Shown in pieces: positions 13,344 through 31,822 of a DNA stretch of 43,811 nt. Source of the DNA: Trichinella spiralis (Eukaryota); the NCBI RefSeq assembly GCF_000181795.1, contig NW_003526945.1, positions 5,431,306 to 5,475,116 of the forward strand, written 5' to 3'. Made by a program: the position numbers and the translations under genes. Below the pieces are notes generated by a model, which saw only the letters and a list, made by a program, of their open reading frames with translations, was not told the origin of the DNA and did not search any database. Position 1 is the first letter of the stretch. Each line of letters starts with the position of its first letter.

Positions 13344-14297
13344 GGAAAATAATCATCTTGAATATATCAGACGTTGCAATTTTGTGAACAATTTACCGAA
13401 AAGCATGTAACATTCATTTGGAAAATTATCGTGATAAAAGTGAAACGTTGTGGGAAAAAAAATTTGTTCGAAGCAAATAAGTCTGAAATTTCATTTTTAC
13501 TAAAATGTCACAAAAATGAACTACTTTGATTATATTTTTATAAATGTATTTATTTATTTATTTTATTAATCAAATTACAGAATGCACTTACAGTATTTTA
13601 TTTTATGCATAACATAATTTTTAGACGTTGGCAATTATTATTTTACTGGTTTGGATCACTTTAGCACACATAAAGTTTAAATTAGATAGAAAAAATTCCT
13701 ATTGACAAAAATAAACTTTGAAAATTTACTTGTTAATCTCTTGTATCTGAAATTTTTTGAATAATTAGAAAAATTATTTATTCAGTTCAAAATTGTTGGA
13801 ATCATAAAATTTGCTTTTATGAAAATTTCTTCAATTGTTTGATTGAAAATTCGAACATTTTAAAACTGTAAAATAGCATTGCTGTCACTTGATTACAACT
13901 GTTTAATTTTCTTCTGATTTGAAAAATTCTTCATCAATACAGTATGACATTGTAGATTACCATCACATTTAGATAAAATAAAATGTCAAAAAATTAAAAC
14001 AATGGTTGAATGTTAGAAAAAAAAATTTTTTTTCTTTAATTAATGATATAGTTTTATTTGTGAATTGGATGAAATTTTGTGCTGCATAATTTATCATTGA
14101 AATTCATTCACTCACAGCTACGAAAATAAGCGGCATAAACGGTTTGTCTGATGGCGGTTTGTTCAGAGAGTTTCGAGAAATTTGCCATCATTTTAAAAGA
14201 GCATAACACTTACAAGCGAAGAAGCAGTTAATAATTATAATATGGATTAAGGGGAAAATGCTATTTTTTAATAATCAAAACTGCAGCATGCTCGTCG

Positions 14298-17200
14298 TCA
14301 GTTCAAAGTTCCATAAAAGACGGGTTCCTTGCCATTGATGTACTCTCCGCGCAGCACATCGTCAGTAGTAGCCACTTTGCACTGACCAGTCAGCTTCGGG
14401 TTAACCTTCTGAAATTTAAATGAAAAAGTTGTAATTGTTCAACTGTTCAAACTTAATTATTACAAATCCACAGTTTTTAAAAAAAATATTTTCATCACGT
14501 GCAATTTCAAAAAGCATATCATCATCACATGGTTGGCCGCCAGCTGCATGAAATATAAAACAACGAAATGCATGCAAAATTGAAAGATTAATTCCGCATC
14601 AGCTGTTCAATTCTGAATGCATATGTTGTTTTATGAAAAAAAAATTATCCTATCAGCTGTCTACTGTACATTCATGTATGTTAAATTACATTAAAGTATT
14701 ATTTGCTTGACAAAAATTAAACTATGTAAAACTGAAAGGGTAAAGAATATAAATGTCAAAATTTTTCCGGCACCCATCCCGGCATATATTATATATTTGT
14801 GTGTGAAAATTCGAGTAAAAAATTTTTCATTTTTTAAGCAAAGTTTTTGCTGCCATGGAAGAAGATTTCCAAAGGCGTCACATGTGTCAAAAAGTGCAGA
14901 ATTGCACAAAAAAGAGAAAAAAAATGATTATTCGGCTTTTCAATCATGCTTAAATGACAACTGGAACAAGAAATGAATTGCTTCCTGATGTTCATACACT
15001 TCTTCTACATCCCATCCTTGGAAGAATATTGCAATTGGTAAGTGAAAGCATGGTTTTTTTTCTATCAATGAAATATGAGCTCTTATTATTATTATTATTA
15101 TTATCATTATCAATGAAACGTGCCTTTGATTTACTTTCGTTGAACTGAATGTTTCCGCTTTTGGTTAATTGTAACAAAAGAAAATGACAAAATTATGCGG
15201 AAGTTTGCTGCTGAAATGAATTTGTGCAGTTTCAAAATTAATAACACCAATGAACATTATTGAAATTAATAATTGTTCTTAAAAACTTTGAACAGCAACC
15301 AAACAAGCGATGGCAGTCAATTTTGGTTGATTGAATAATAATAATAATAATAATATGAAGAATAATAAGAAGAAATTATTAAAGTTTTGATCATCAAAAT
15401 CACTGAACAGAATTTGTTCCATTTGGTGGTGGTGTTCGCTTTGTTAATTATTTTACAAATTATCAGTATATTTTTGCAAACTGCTAACTAGCCTTCAACG
15501 TCATTGAATTTGAAAAAAAAAAGAAAACTTTGACGTTTCAACTGAAAGATTATGAGCAAACAAAAAAAAGACAGAAATAACAATCTCAGAGATACTGTTT
15601 AAAAAAATGAGATGTTCATGTATAAATAGAATTTGAAGTTATTGCTGTTAAATTTTGAAAAACGTAAAACCAGTGGCATTAATATTGTTGTTGGTGGTGG
15701 TGGTGGTAGTGGTGGCTTTTGACTAGCTTCCTTCCCAGTTGACACATTTTGCCCATCTGCAATGTGATACTTTAGCTTGGCTTGAAATTAAAACTGCACT
15801 CTGGTGTGCGTGTTGTGTTGTGTTGTGTTCGTATTCCAGAAAAGATACGCTGCATCCAGCTTACTGCCTGGGCAAATATTGAAAACTTAGCTTAGTGGTT
15901 CCGTTTATTGAAAACTTAGCTTAGTGGTTCCGTTTCACCGGTGCAGTGTTCATCAAGCAAACACCGATTCACATTCGCTCAGAATTTCACTGTTTATTTT
16001 TCACTGTTCTATTTTCTGTTTATCTATCCCGTCTGTTTATTGCTTGTACTGCAGTACCAATTGGTTACCTTTTTGCATACCTTGTAGTAATAATTTTATG
16101 CAAAAAAAATAATTTTTTGTTTAAAAAAAGGAAAAGAATGAAACTACATGTATATATTCTATGTATACGTACGTTTATCAGGACAGCTGGCATTGAAACT
16201 TCAGATTTCTGATCAAGAATGGATAGAGGATTCTTGTCCAAACGATTCCGGAAACAATTCAATCCAAGTTCACACTGGCATGAATCGAAGCATTTCTGAC
16301 CTTCTTTCAACGCATGCTGAACGCAGAGTCCAGTAATAGCAGGGGTGTTGCCGACCGTAACGTTGTAATGACAACATAAACCTGCATTTTGAATATGTAA
16401 AAACGACCAAAAAAAAACTAAAGTTGGTTATTTGTCATTAAACTCGTATGGGGTTTTTTTAATGTTTAAAAAGTTAAGCGAACATTTAAATTTCTCTCCT
16501 CTCATCCATTCCTAAAAAATAAACAAAATGGAGAAAGATAAATAGTATTTTTTGTGACATGAAGGTCAATTTGAAATTTAAACTCTCCATTCTCCATTTC
16601 TTTTCAGAAATAACTTTAATCGGGTGATTTGATTACACTGATCTGTGGACATGCACATTGTTCATAGTGATCATTTCACGTTTGCTTTGCAAAAATATTA
16701 CATCTAATATATTTCAATATCATCAGCCACAGCTTGGAAAGCTCACTCATCACAGCTGGTTAAGAAAAAGTACAACCATAAAAAATATCAAGAATTTAAA
16801 GTACAATTTTCAATTTGCATTCTTTTTATTGTCACATTATCCTCTTCTGCAGATCAGTGGGGAAAAAATAAATTTGATGAAATGACGTTTCATTGTAAAA
16901 TGAGAAGCTGCTGTTGAAAGTGATTCAAAAAATAATTAGCAGACAAACACTACAACTTTTTTCGATTATAATTTTTTGCAAATTTGCTTTTCGAATTTTC
17001 CAAAATGTCGAAACAAATTTACTTCAATCGACCATTTCACGTGAAAGAAGCTATTTATATATGCAAATTTAAATAATAATGTGAAAAGTATTTTTCTGTT
17101 GATTTAAGCAAATGCCAAGCCTACTTAGTGCACGTCTAGTTAGTTGATCAATGAAATTTTCAATCGCTGATACGACACAATAAGCGTTCACTTTCAAGTG

Positions 17201-19129
17201 TAAAATGGGGAAAAAATAATTTTTACGTAAAGCATTTTTTGTTATATGTCACTGATTTTTCTTCGATCATATACAAACAAGAAACAGATGATGCAGATTT
17301 TAATCCAAGGTACAAAGTTGTACAATTGTAGATTGAATTGTAATTTAAACAAAGAAAAAAACAGAAAATAAAGAAGAGTTTTGTGAAAGTTGTAATTGCG
17401 ATATTATCGTCAATAGCATGCAACTTCCTTGTTTATTCTGTTTCTTTTTTTCCTTTTCTCAGCTAGTCGAAGAGAAATTTGCAAAAATTTTCACAAATTA
17501 AATTTTCCCTTTAAAATACTAACATCTGATGAAAATTTGACTTTATTCAATTTACGCCAACTAGCTTCAAACTTATTAACACAAGACCAATCGTTAACAA
17601 AAACTTTCATGCAGATTCTTCTTCATTTTCAATTTTCACTATCGATTGTAGAATTTTCTTAGGAAAATTCCAAAAAGTTAAAAAACAACAATCATTAATT
17701 CAATGTTGATAGCCTTCTTGGAACAAAATCAGCATCACCGCTGCCCTCAATTAGCACTGGATAACTAGCATGCAGGCTATTATGGAGTTGAGAACTTTGC
17801 CTAACAAGAGCAACCATCAGCATTTTGTCAATTGTGCAATTCTTATATGTTTGACCAAAAAAATTGATTTAAAAACTTTCAGTGTATTTCGAAATGAAAA
17901 ATAAATTTAAAAAGTATGAATGCTTTTACCAGAAAAAAAAACAAAGCAAACAATTTTGCATTATATTATTTTATATTGCCACGGTTTTTTCCATGTTATT
18001 GTTGGTGTTCAAGGTGAATGTAGATTTTCTTGCCTTTATGATTTGTAAGAAAAGAAATATATCAAAAAAAACATTCCATAATGCAACATCCATTTACATC
18101 AATTTTACACAAATATTTGAAAATTTGTAAACTGTTTCTTTTGAAATTAAGTTCTATTATGCTGATGTTTAGTATAGCGAACCGTTTGTTCATAGCACAA
18201 AGTGTGAACACCAACTTTTAAAAATGTTACCAAGGTGAGAATCATCGCCAAACCCTCATTTTCACAACACCTTTGTTTTATGGTTTACAGTTTGATTTGC
18301 ATTTTATTTACGTGGTGGTAGTAGTAGTAGTAGTAGGTGGATGAGAAATGGTTACTGACCCCGAAAGAAAAAATATTCCAATTCTACAATTGCATTCTAA
18401 TCAATTTGCTTGCTAAAGATGAATTTCGATGTGATTGTGTGAATGAAAAGAGAGAAAAAAAAGAGAAAATCTCAAGAAAGACCAACTGTTCAATATTGTG
18501 GTAGGACTATTATTATAATATGGATGATTGTGACCTACAAGAGCAGAATGGAAGAATAAAAATGGTGATAATCAAGTCTCACCTGGCTTACAGTGTCGAT
18601 GACCGGAACAAGTTGAGCCCATGTTACCAAATCGGCTAATTTGAAATGTCATAAGCCGAGTGGGTCGTGGGTCTGGTGGTGCTGGGCTGGGTCGTGGGGC
18701 TTCTTTCTTGGTTGGCTTCGAGTCGGTCGATCTTGTACGATGCCACAGGACGTTGCTTATCTTGGAAAGTTTTCCACGAATAGACAACAATTCCGAATCA
18801 ACTTTCTTCTTCCAAATTCGATCTTCGACGGTGGGTTTTGTTTTTTTACAGAAACGTTTTTTGAACCATCGATCCGCAGCAGCAGTTCCATTAACATCTT
18901 TGGAATCTTTCACATTCAATCGTCGACGCAGTATATCAATCTCTTGAGCCAGTCGTTTCAACTGTCTTCGCTTTCTGCGAAGCAATTTTTTCAAATTACT
19001 GCGTGTGGACAGTGTCCATTCTCGATTGTGACGAGCTGGTGATCGCTTTGTAGAATTGTCAGGGGTGACGCAACAGCACCACCACGAGAACAAGGAGAGG
19101 AGCAAAAAAATTACCGGCCAGCAGCGCAT
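14298..19129 (-). CDS. Secreted precursor (~288 aa) with C-terminal prokineticin/colipase/Dickkopf-like 10-cysteine domain; 3 exons
   Basis: Exons 19129-18583, 16381-16173 and 14408-14298 total 867 nt, with GT-AG introns in matching phases (1, 0). N-terminus MRCWPVIFLLLSLFSWWCCC resembles a signal peptide. Spliced C-terminus GSTCSGHRHCKPG|LCCHYNVTVGNTPAITGLCVQHALKEGQKCFDSCQCELGLNCFRNR...IN|KVNPKLTGQCKVATTDDVLRGEYINGKEPVFYGTLN* gives C-x5-C-x4-CC-x15-C-x10-C-x3-C-x-C-x5-C-x36-C. Confidence 0.85.
15877..15935. repeat. Exact 29-bp tandem duplication in intron 2 of the prokineticin-like gene
   Basis: TATTGAAAACTTAGCTTAGTGGTTCCGTT at 15877-15905 and again at 15906-15934. Confidence 0.95.
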
Positions 19130-22100
19130 TGAAAAAGTTTTCACAAGTTGAAAAAATTAATCCCAGCCACGCCTACTGCAACACCTACAAGCCAGCGGCG
19201 TTGCGTCTGTGCTTCAGAAGTGAATTGTGGGCTGAGCAATGGTTGTCGAGCAATCGTATTTTCTGATATTCAGGTTATTGATGTCATGTGGCGCTAGCTA
19301 ATGGGAACCGAGCGCGAAAACGAAGACAGATGACTAGATTTGTATCTTTCCGACTTGCCCGTTATCGTGCTGTCATCGTGCATTTTATTAAAACTGATTT
19401 TCAGATTTTATGCAATGATCAATACATGCATAGTGTTCAATTTTCATATTCCAACAATCTCCTAATTCATCGTTTGTTTGATCATACTCTTGAAATGATA
19501 ACAATAATCCATCGGTACCTTTTATTTTTCATCAAACAGTTAATATTGAATGAAAAATCTGATTGCTTGTATGCTTTTACAAACAATGATTTTTGTTAAT
19601 GATTTTTTAAAAAATAGCAGAGTAGCACTGCTTTTCGTAAGCAGAACTTCAGTGACTGACTGACTGATTCATTTCGACAAGTTGGGTAGAAATGTTTTCA
19701 CAAAATGTCATATTCTGTCAAATGAACGAGCTTTAATATTTATTCTTTATCTTGAGAGTTGAAATTCCAAGCTTGACATCTTATATCTCAGCAATAACAA
19801 AACAAATGCTCATATTGTCGTACAACATGTTGTACAACGACTACGTGGAATTTTCACAATATAGATTTTCCAATTGTAATCAGTTGTTGCCTTCCTAGGC
19901 AATTTTGGCACTTTTCTACAAATGCCAAAAGTGCATTTACAATGCCAAAATTACAATAAAAGCATCCTGCTGTTGTAGTTTCCCCAAATTTACACCAGTT
20001 CTTGACGTTCATTTGGAAACATTAAAAATTTTGGACGCTCCTGGAAAAAAGTCATCAAAGACATAATTTGTCTTTTATTTTCAATCATTAATATTGTAAA
20101 ATTGACCAACTGCTGTGCTTTGAAATTCCACAACAACTGATACTTTTCACTTTTGCTGTGATTTAGTTTCCCATAAAAAATTTTTATTTCCTCGTTACAT
20201 CTGAATCTGTTTGTTGTTTATTGTTTTATTGTTCAGTTAAAAAGCAATGAAAAATTTAGAAATGATGAAAAAGAACTATTTATATTTTGCTTTGTTTGAA
20301 TATTAATTATTTGAAAAATTTTCACTGCAAATGATGCATACAAAAGTCATATCTAATAATTTCACATTATTGTTATGATTTGTTTATTATTTGTTTGAGC
20401 TGCGGTGATTCGTGATCATGATCATATGAAAAATCATAAAGGCGATGATTATCAAATTTATTTGAATATTTCATGATCTGAAACGAATGAAAGCATCATA
20501 AATGCTGCACCTATTGTTCGTTGTATCTATTCTGGAACAGCAATTTTGCGTTGCATTTCCTTTTTGAAATTGTTTTCCTTTCAAATGAAATGCAAAGCTA
20601 CATCCTGCTTTAGATTAAGTTTCCAGCAGTTTTTATTTGCTCATTAGTCGAGAAAATAAGACAACTTAAACTGAACAAGCTGTTCACTAAATTTCACTTT
20701 TTCAATAACATTTCACATTTGTTTTATAATTCCCAGTCATTATTTTTTATGGTTGCACTTTCACGTGCTTTTTATGTACGAAAAACAGAATTATGAGACC
20801 GACAATGACAACAGCGGCACTTTGAAGGGGTACTTTTAATATACAAATTGCAGATTGTTGTAGATTAAAATAGAAAATGAATAATCGTGGATTTCCTGTT
20901 AAAACAAAATCCACGTGATGTTCAAAAATAAAAACAAAATCCGCATCTCTCTTCAGAGTAGCTGCTTTGATAAGTATCGGAGAAGTTGTATCAAATGTAC
21001 AAAAAAGAAAATATGAAATCTGATATATCTATTAATGTTTTCTTTGCTATTGGTGAAAATGCACACATACATATATATACATATATAGTTAATGTTTGTC
21101 TTTCCGTGACGTACAAAATGAAATTGGAGAAGGTAATTTAATCAAAAATCCACTTTTGATTTTGAACAATACAAAAAGAAAAAACCAATCTGTTTATTTG
21201 CCAACTTGGTTCTATTTTTGAAACTACACAAAACTGCAAGGATAAGTGTAAGGTAAAAAAAACAGCTTTTTTATCATAAAATTTAAATATGACTTGGTAC
21301 AATTACAGTATGAAATTGTTTTGTTGAAAATTTTCTCATTAATTCATGGCAAAGGTTTTCAGTTTGTGATGTTTCATTGCATTCAGTTTTATTTAAAAAT
21401 ATAAATAAAAAGTAACAATATCTTGCAACACGAGACGCTAGTTTTGGAGTTGCTTTTAAACTGAATTAACTTTTAAACATGAAAATGTCCACTGCAGAGA
21501 AAAACAAACAAATTATAACTTGTGATTAGCAGGTATAAAGTGGAATTTCAACGAATAAATATTTGCGACTTATTTTTGCTTTGCAAATATGGTTTTTAGT
21601 CTGTTGTTAATGATCCACTTGAAAATGGTACATTTGAGCATTAATTCAGCACTTATTTGTTGTTAAAAGCAAAATACAACACACGAATTGGTTCTTAAAG
21701 AAAGAAAGAAAGCACGATATACATTAGTTTAAATTTCCACAATCTTTCCTGATATGCCCTTTAATAAATCTAGAGGTGGTGTAATTATCATCTTATCATA
21801 CATCTTACTGTTATCGTTGTACCTTTGAAATTGTGATTATGACTTACTTGTTGGTGGAAAAACTTTCTCAGTGGTCAACAAAATTGCTAACAATCAGCTG
21901 AATTTAAAGATTACAAATCAAACATTGCATCTTAAGTTTCTTTTTTTTCCTCTTTTTCTCTGTTCTATTTTTCCTCACTTTGCAAATTTATTAGGATGAT
22001 CCGTTTTACAAATATGTACCATTGTAAGCATATTTCTGTTTACGATGTAAACTTCTGCCAAGCTTACAAATGAAGCACTGCACTTCTCCCAAAAATAGCA

Positions 22101-23234
22101 TTTTGCAAATTTAATTTCTACTCTCTGTTACGCAACGTAAATAATAATAAGAAGTACTGCTTCAACGTGCTTTCAAATTTGATTGGAAATGTATATATAT
22201 ATGTATATGCATATGGAATATCAAAAAACTGCTTTTTCCAAATGATGGTCACATAATATGTAAAATTTCTTCATATAATTTAAAGTCTTTCTCATGTTTC
22301 ATTAAACTTTATTGAAAAAGTTAATACAAATCTGAATTATGAAATAATATCATAATAATAATAATTTTTATTATTCATTCACTATCTGCTTTACGTCCTT
22401 GTTGGAATGTTTATTTTTTAAAATTATCAAAAAACTATATGTAAACATACATCATTTTATTTTAAAACAAAAACAGCAAAACTTATAAAATCAAAAAATA
22501 GAAAAAAACAGACCAGCAAAATAACGTTTGAAATGCATATCAATCAACAGTACATGATGTGTAATGCGTGTTGAAATTGAAATCAATAAATTTTGCAAAA
22601 TAGATGCTATCTTACTGAAATGATCAGTAAATTGCAATAAATTATCTCTGCACTATTTGCTTATTATCATACTCAGCAATGTCGATCGATAAATTATATT
22701 GTTGCAATCAGCAACTTCTTCACTTTCCAAGATTCTAAGACTGATGGTATGATTCCTTTTGATGTTGAAAAATAAATTGAAAGCAAGTTTAATTATTCAA
22801 TTTAAACTTTAAAATTCTATTCAGAAAAGGAAAATTATCAAATGTTTGTCGTAATTTCTGAATCTATTAGGCTGAAATTTTCAAAACTATCAGCTTTCTG
22901 GAATAAACTCAATCATAACAAACACTGACCCCTTGGCTTCATTTATAAGAAAAATATTCAAGAATGATTTATTAATTAGTTCAGAGTAGGAAAAGCAGAA
23001 TTACAATCAAAAAGCGGGCATATCTATTGACCCGCTTTATTTCGGCTCCATGATCGGCAATACTGTTCACCAGCTGCTTATCTGTACCTTTTGCTGCCCA
23101 CTGTTGACATTGGTTCACGTGCAATGTGCAACGAAGCTTGAAGCTGATTGGTTACAGTTGAATCTTTCATCTCTGACAATTGTGTCAGTAGAACTGTTCT
23201 CAGTTCTCAGTTCATCATCATCAACAGCATCACC

Positions 23235-24771
23235 ATGTCCCAATATCGGTGCAATTCCACTACGGTATGTAGAGATTTATTTCACTCTTTTTAGCAACAA
23301 TTTTAAGCTGTTATTCTGTTTTTCTTTGTTTTTTTTAATTAAGCAAAATATTCCACGAGCATGCACAAAACGGCAAAATTCTCAAACGTTCAGCTGCAAT
23401 TCATTCAACAAACTTTATTAATTAATTATTCAAGCATAATCTTTTATTGTTTTTTTAACCCTTTTTCATTCAATTTCTTACCATTTGACGTGTAATAAAC
23501 GAATAAACTAATTAATAATTTTATTAATTGAATTTAACTATTGCAATCTTTTCATAGGTAAAAATAATGCTACAACAGTGTTCAATAATTTTTACAATAT
23601 TTTTCCTACAACAACAAAATAATAATTCAATTTAAAAACTTTTTGCATTACTGTATATATTAATATAAAATATGTATATATATATAGCAACAGTTAATTT
23701 CAAATAAAATCTTCTGCACAATAATATTTACATTGATGTCTTCACTTTTGCATTTCTTGTTTTCATTTGACAAGAATAATCAGAAACGAGAAGTATCATC
23801 ATCATCATCATCATTCATTCATTGTTGTGCATACGTTTGTTTGAATTTCTCTCCAACAATTTGTTCAATTTTATACATTATTTGATCATTGATCCCTTGT
23901 TGAATTGCAAAGAAACTTTTTCTTATTAATGCTATCATTGAACAGTCGCTGTTCTGTTAACATTTAACAAAAGTTTAAAAAAAGATATTCATTTTTTACT
24001 TTCATAAAAAAAGCATAAATACTTACTGTATAAGCATCGAATAGCTTGTGAAATGTATTAATATTGAATTGAAATAATAAAAATAGGCATTTTTGTTCTT
24101 TTTTTTCAAACCTCTAGCAGAGAAAGGTTTGGTTCAGAGAGGGCGTTGTCGGTGAGCTGCTAGAAAGCCAATTACCACTGTGGACTTGGAGCTTAGCTTC
24201 GGTGTTGACGAATATCTACGTTGGACCTCGTAAAGTGAGGAAAATTATTTTCGGAATCTTCTTTCTGATGATTGTTTTTGTGGTCTCTTACGCTCTGATG
24301 TGGATGATCATTTACAATCACATCCGACGTTTGTTCATTGGATCCACGACACCGCAGCCGAATCATTCGAAATCCAATCCAGCAGGGCAACAAGAAGCAG
24401 AAGAAGAAAATTATGATAATGATGATGATGATGATGATGAAGAAGAAGAAGAAGAATATGAAAAAATTATGAGCATGATCAACAATCGACATTTTCATAA
24501 CCAACCGATCAAGCTTGAAAATGAAAAGCCAAATTTGTTATCGTCAGTTTCAATTCCAACATTATCTGAAGATTATCATCAAGCTTCTTCTTATTCTTCT
24601 TCTTCATTGTCTATTTCTGATTCCAACGAAGAAATTCTTCACGGTGACGGGGCAGATGATGTTCAACATGTTCCCAATCTTCTTCAGAAAGCAAAAAATA
24701 ATACTTGCTCAACAGCAACTATCAATTTCTCTCAATCACATTCATCGCCGTCATTGATGTACTCGTATTAA
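23235..24771 (+). CDS. Hypothetical single-pass membrane protein (~226 aa) with Asp/Glu tract and Ser-rich tail; 2 exons
   Basis: Exon 1 is 23235-23264 (caccATG context, MSQYRCNSTT, donor ACG|gtatgt, phase 0). It joins a T-rich TAGCAG acceptor (exon 2 from 24118 or 24121), open to TAA at 24771. Hydrophobic stretch IIFGIFFLMIVFVVSYALMWMIIY is flanked by basic residues, followed by EAEEENYDNDDDDDDEEEEEEYE. No family recognised; exon 1 is less certain than exon 2. Confidence 0.65.
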
Positions 24772-25851
24772 TAATAAACAATTCAAATTTGCACACTGAC
24801 TCAAATTTGCTACTTTTGCTTTTTCTAAACTGAATTTCAAAAAAAAATTTTTCCCTCGTCGGCTATTCTGCATCACTTTGCATAATAACAACAACAATAA
24901 TAAACTTATTAATGATGTGCAAAAAAAGTTCATTACAAATTCACAATTCAAAGCATTTTTATCATCACCAAAAAAAACAATTTGTTTTTGAAAATTTTTA
25001 TTCAAGCCGCGTTGCACACGATAACACCCGCATGTGCTGAAAAAAGCTGGACAATCTAAAATTGCCCATGCAATTAGTCAATTAATTGCTTACTGGAGAC
25101 CGTAATATTAGCAGTATTCACGAGCTGGTGTTTCATATATAATATAATATAATATATATATGTATATATATGCCATTTCAAAGAGTAAACAAAAAAGATA
25201 ATAAATCAGCTAAACAAACCACAAATACAAAAAAAATATTGAAAAAATTAACACACTACATATTATCGATATGACATGGAAAAGAATAAAACCAGAACAA
25301 CCCATACGGCATCAGCACACAAAGTATAAAGGGGATGTTGTACAGAATATGGGAATTTATGAACAGTAATGAATAAGCAATTGAATAATAAATAAAACTC
25401 GCATATCGACGAAGCTAAAATAGAAAAAAAAGGCAGACAGAAAGAGAACAATGGAGAAATGAAGCCGAATCAAATTAATCACTTTTTTCCAAAATGAACG
25501 AACACACATCTATCTAATGATGCAAAAGAAGATGATGCACTAAGAAGAAATACTGAAGAATGAATGTTATTGTTTAAAAAAAGTGAAATAAACACGGCTT
25601 GCTTCATCATCATTGAGCAAAAAAAATTATGCACACCAAGTTCAATACCTCTTGAAATAACAAAGTGACTCTTGGCAGAATCTCAAACAGCTAACGATTT
25701 GTAAACAAACAAAAAATGCAATCCGCAAAGAAATCAACTCCTTGCAGAAGCATTTTCCCATTATTATTCACGATGTGTTCTTTTTCTGTCATCTTCAGAA
25801 TATCGAAAGAAAAAAAAAATAAAAAGTTGAAAAATAATAATTCCATCTGCA

Positions 25852-30657
<4,806 letters not shown>

Positions 30658-30741
30658 TGACAAGAACAGGAAACAAAATCTACGGAACAACTGCGTTTGC
30701 GTATAGATCAGCTTCACCGCATCAACACCCTCGTTAGAATC

Positions 30742-31822
30742 CTAAAATAAAAAAATTGAAGAAAAGCAAAAGCCAGGCTCGGAGCTATATTTGCAATCGG
30801 AGCACTAAAGCGTAATCATCGTAAAAACAGCAAATCAATGGAAAAGATGAGTCATAAACGTAAAAAAATTCTGAAATGACAAATCATCTTTAGTAACACA
30901 AAAATCAACATCAGTTGGCATTGTCGTGATTTTATTTTGAAGTATAATAATCAGATACTGGAAAGCAAGCTATAATGACGAAAGAATTTAGCACACTGTA
31001 GTAAATTCTTGATAATTACTGCGAAAAAAACGCAGGTTCAACTACAGTATATCAATAACAACAGCTGCATTACAAAAGTATTTATATCAAAAAGTAAATT
31101 TAATCATAAGTAAAATTTAATATTTGATATAAATTTAAACTACTATTCCGTTATGATTTATTAATCTTTTAATATTGCTCTTTTTAAATAAAACAATTTA
31201 TTGTTTATGAAATTACGCAATATTGATATATTTATTGTGAAATTATTATTTTTATTATATCAGTAAGGTAGATTAATAAATAAAATCAATCAATAATTTT
31301 GAACAAAAAAAGATAAGTTTCTTATTATGCTATTTTGCACCTGTAAGTAAAATATTTAATTTAAAATGAAATATTATTTTAATAAAGCAATATTTTTGAT
31401 AGTAAATCAATGCAAAAATGCATTAATGTGTCTCATATTGGTGTAAAATATAAAAATGCTTACTGTAGTTATTATTTAAAAAGCATATTTCAGTGTTATA
31501 TTAATTAAAACTGAAAATAAATAAGCTTAAGTAAACTTGAGAAAGTCTGGTAATACAGTGATAGGCAAATTTTTTGCTTTAAATTAATTAATTTTTGTTG
31601 AAAAATGTTTTCTGTGTAATTACAGTAAGAACAATATGGTACTTGCAAATAAATATTTTTCTGTGCGACGCACACTCAATTGTTAACCTTTTAATGTTGT
31701 TTTATTGATTTGTTTAAAATGGGTTTTGAAATTTAAAGTTTTAATGACGTAATAATTTAAATTTTGAAAGCTTGTTAGACCGTTTTTACTTCATTCGGTT
31801 GCATTTGTTCTCGGTGTTCGTC
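30742..31822. promoter_or_regulatory. Putative shared divergent promoter region between the MNK kinase and REXO5-like genes
   Basis: Head-to-head genes whose start codons are ~1.17 kb apart, with an extremely AT-rich core at about 31080-31560. Positional inference only. Confidence 0.45.

Noticed and set aside
461..14200. Numerous 60-126 aa ORFs in the first 14 kb
   Set aside because: F/L/K/N/I-rich translations of AT-rich and microsatellite DNA, many with TTG/GTG starts; consistent with chance.
15877..15935. Repeat of CRISPR-like length
   Set aside because: Two directly adjacent copies with no spacer, inside a eukaryotic intron, and no cas genes.
23050..23421. 123-aa ORF with a hydrophobic N-terminus as exon 1 of the membrane protein
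   Set aside because: Its phase at the 23264 donor does not match the strong TAGCAG acceptor; it would need a weaker one at 24137. The ATG at 23235 fits better. Not fully excluded.
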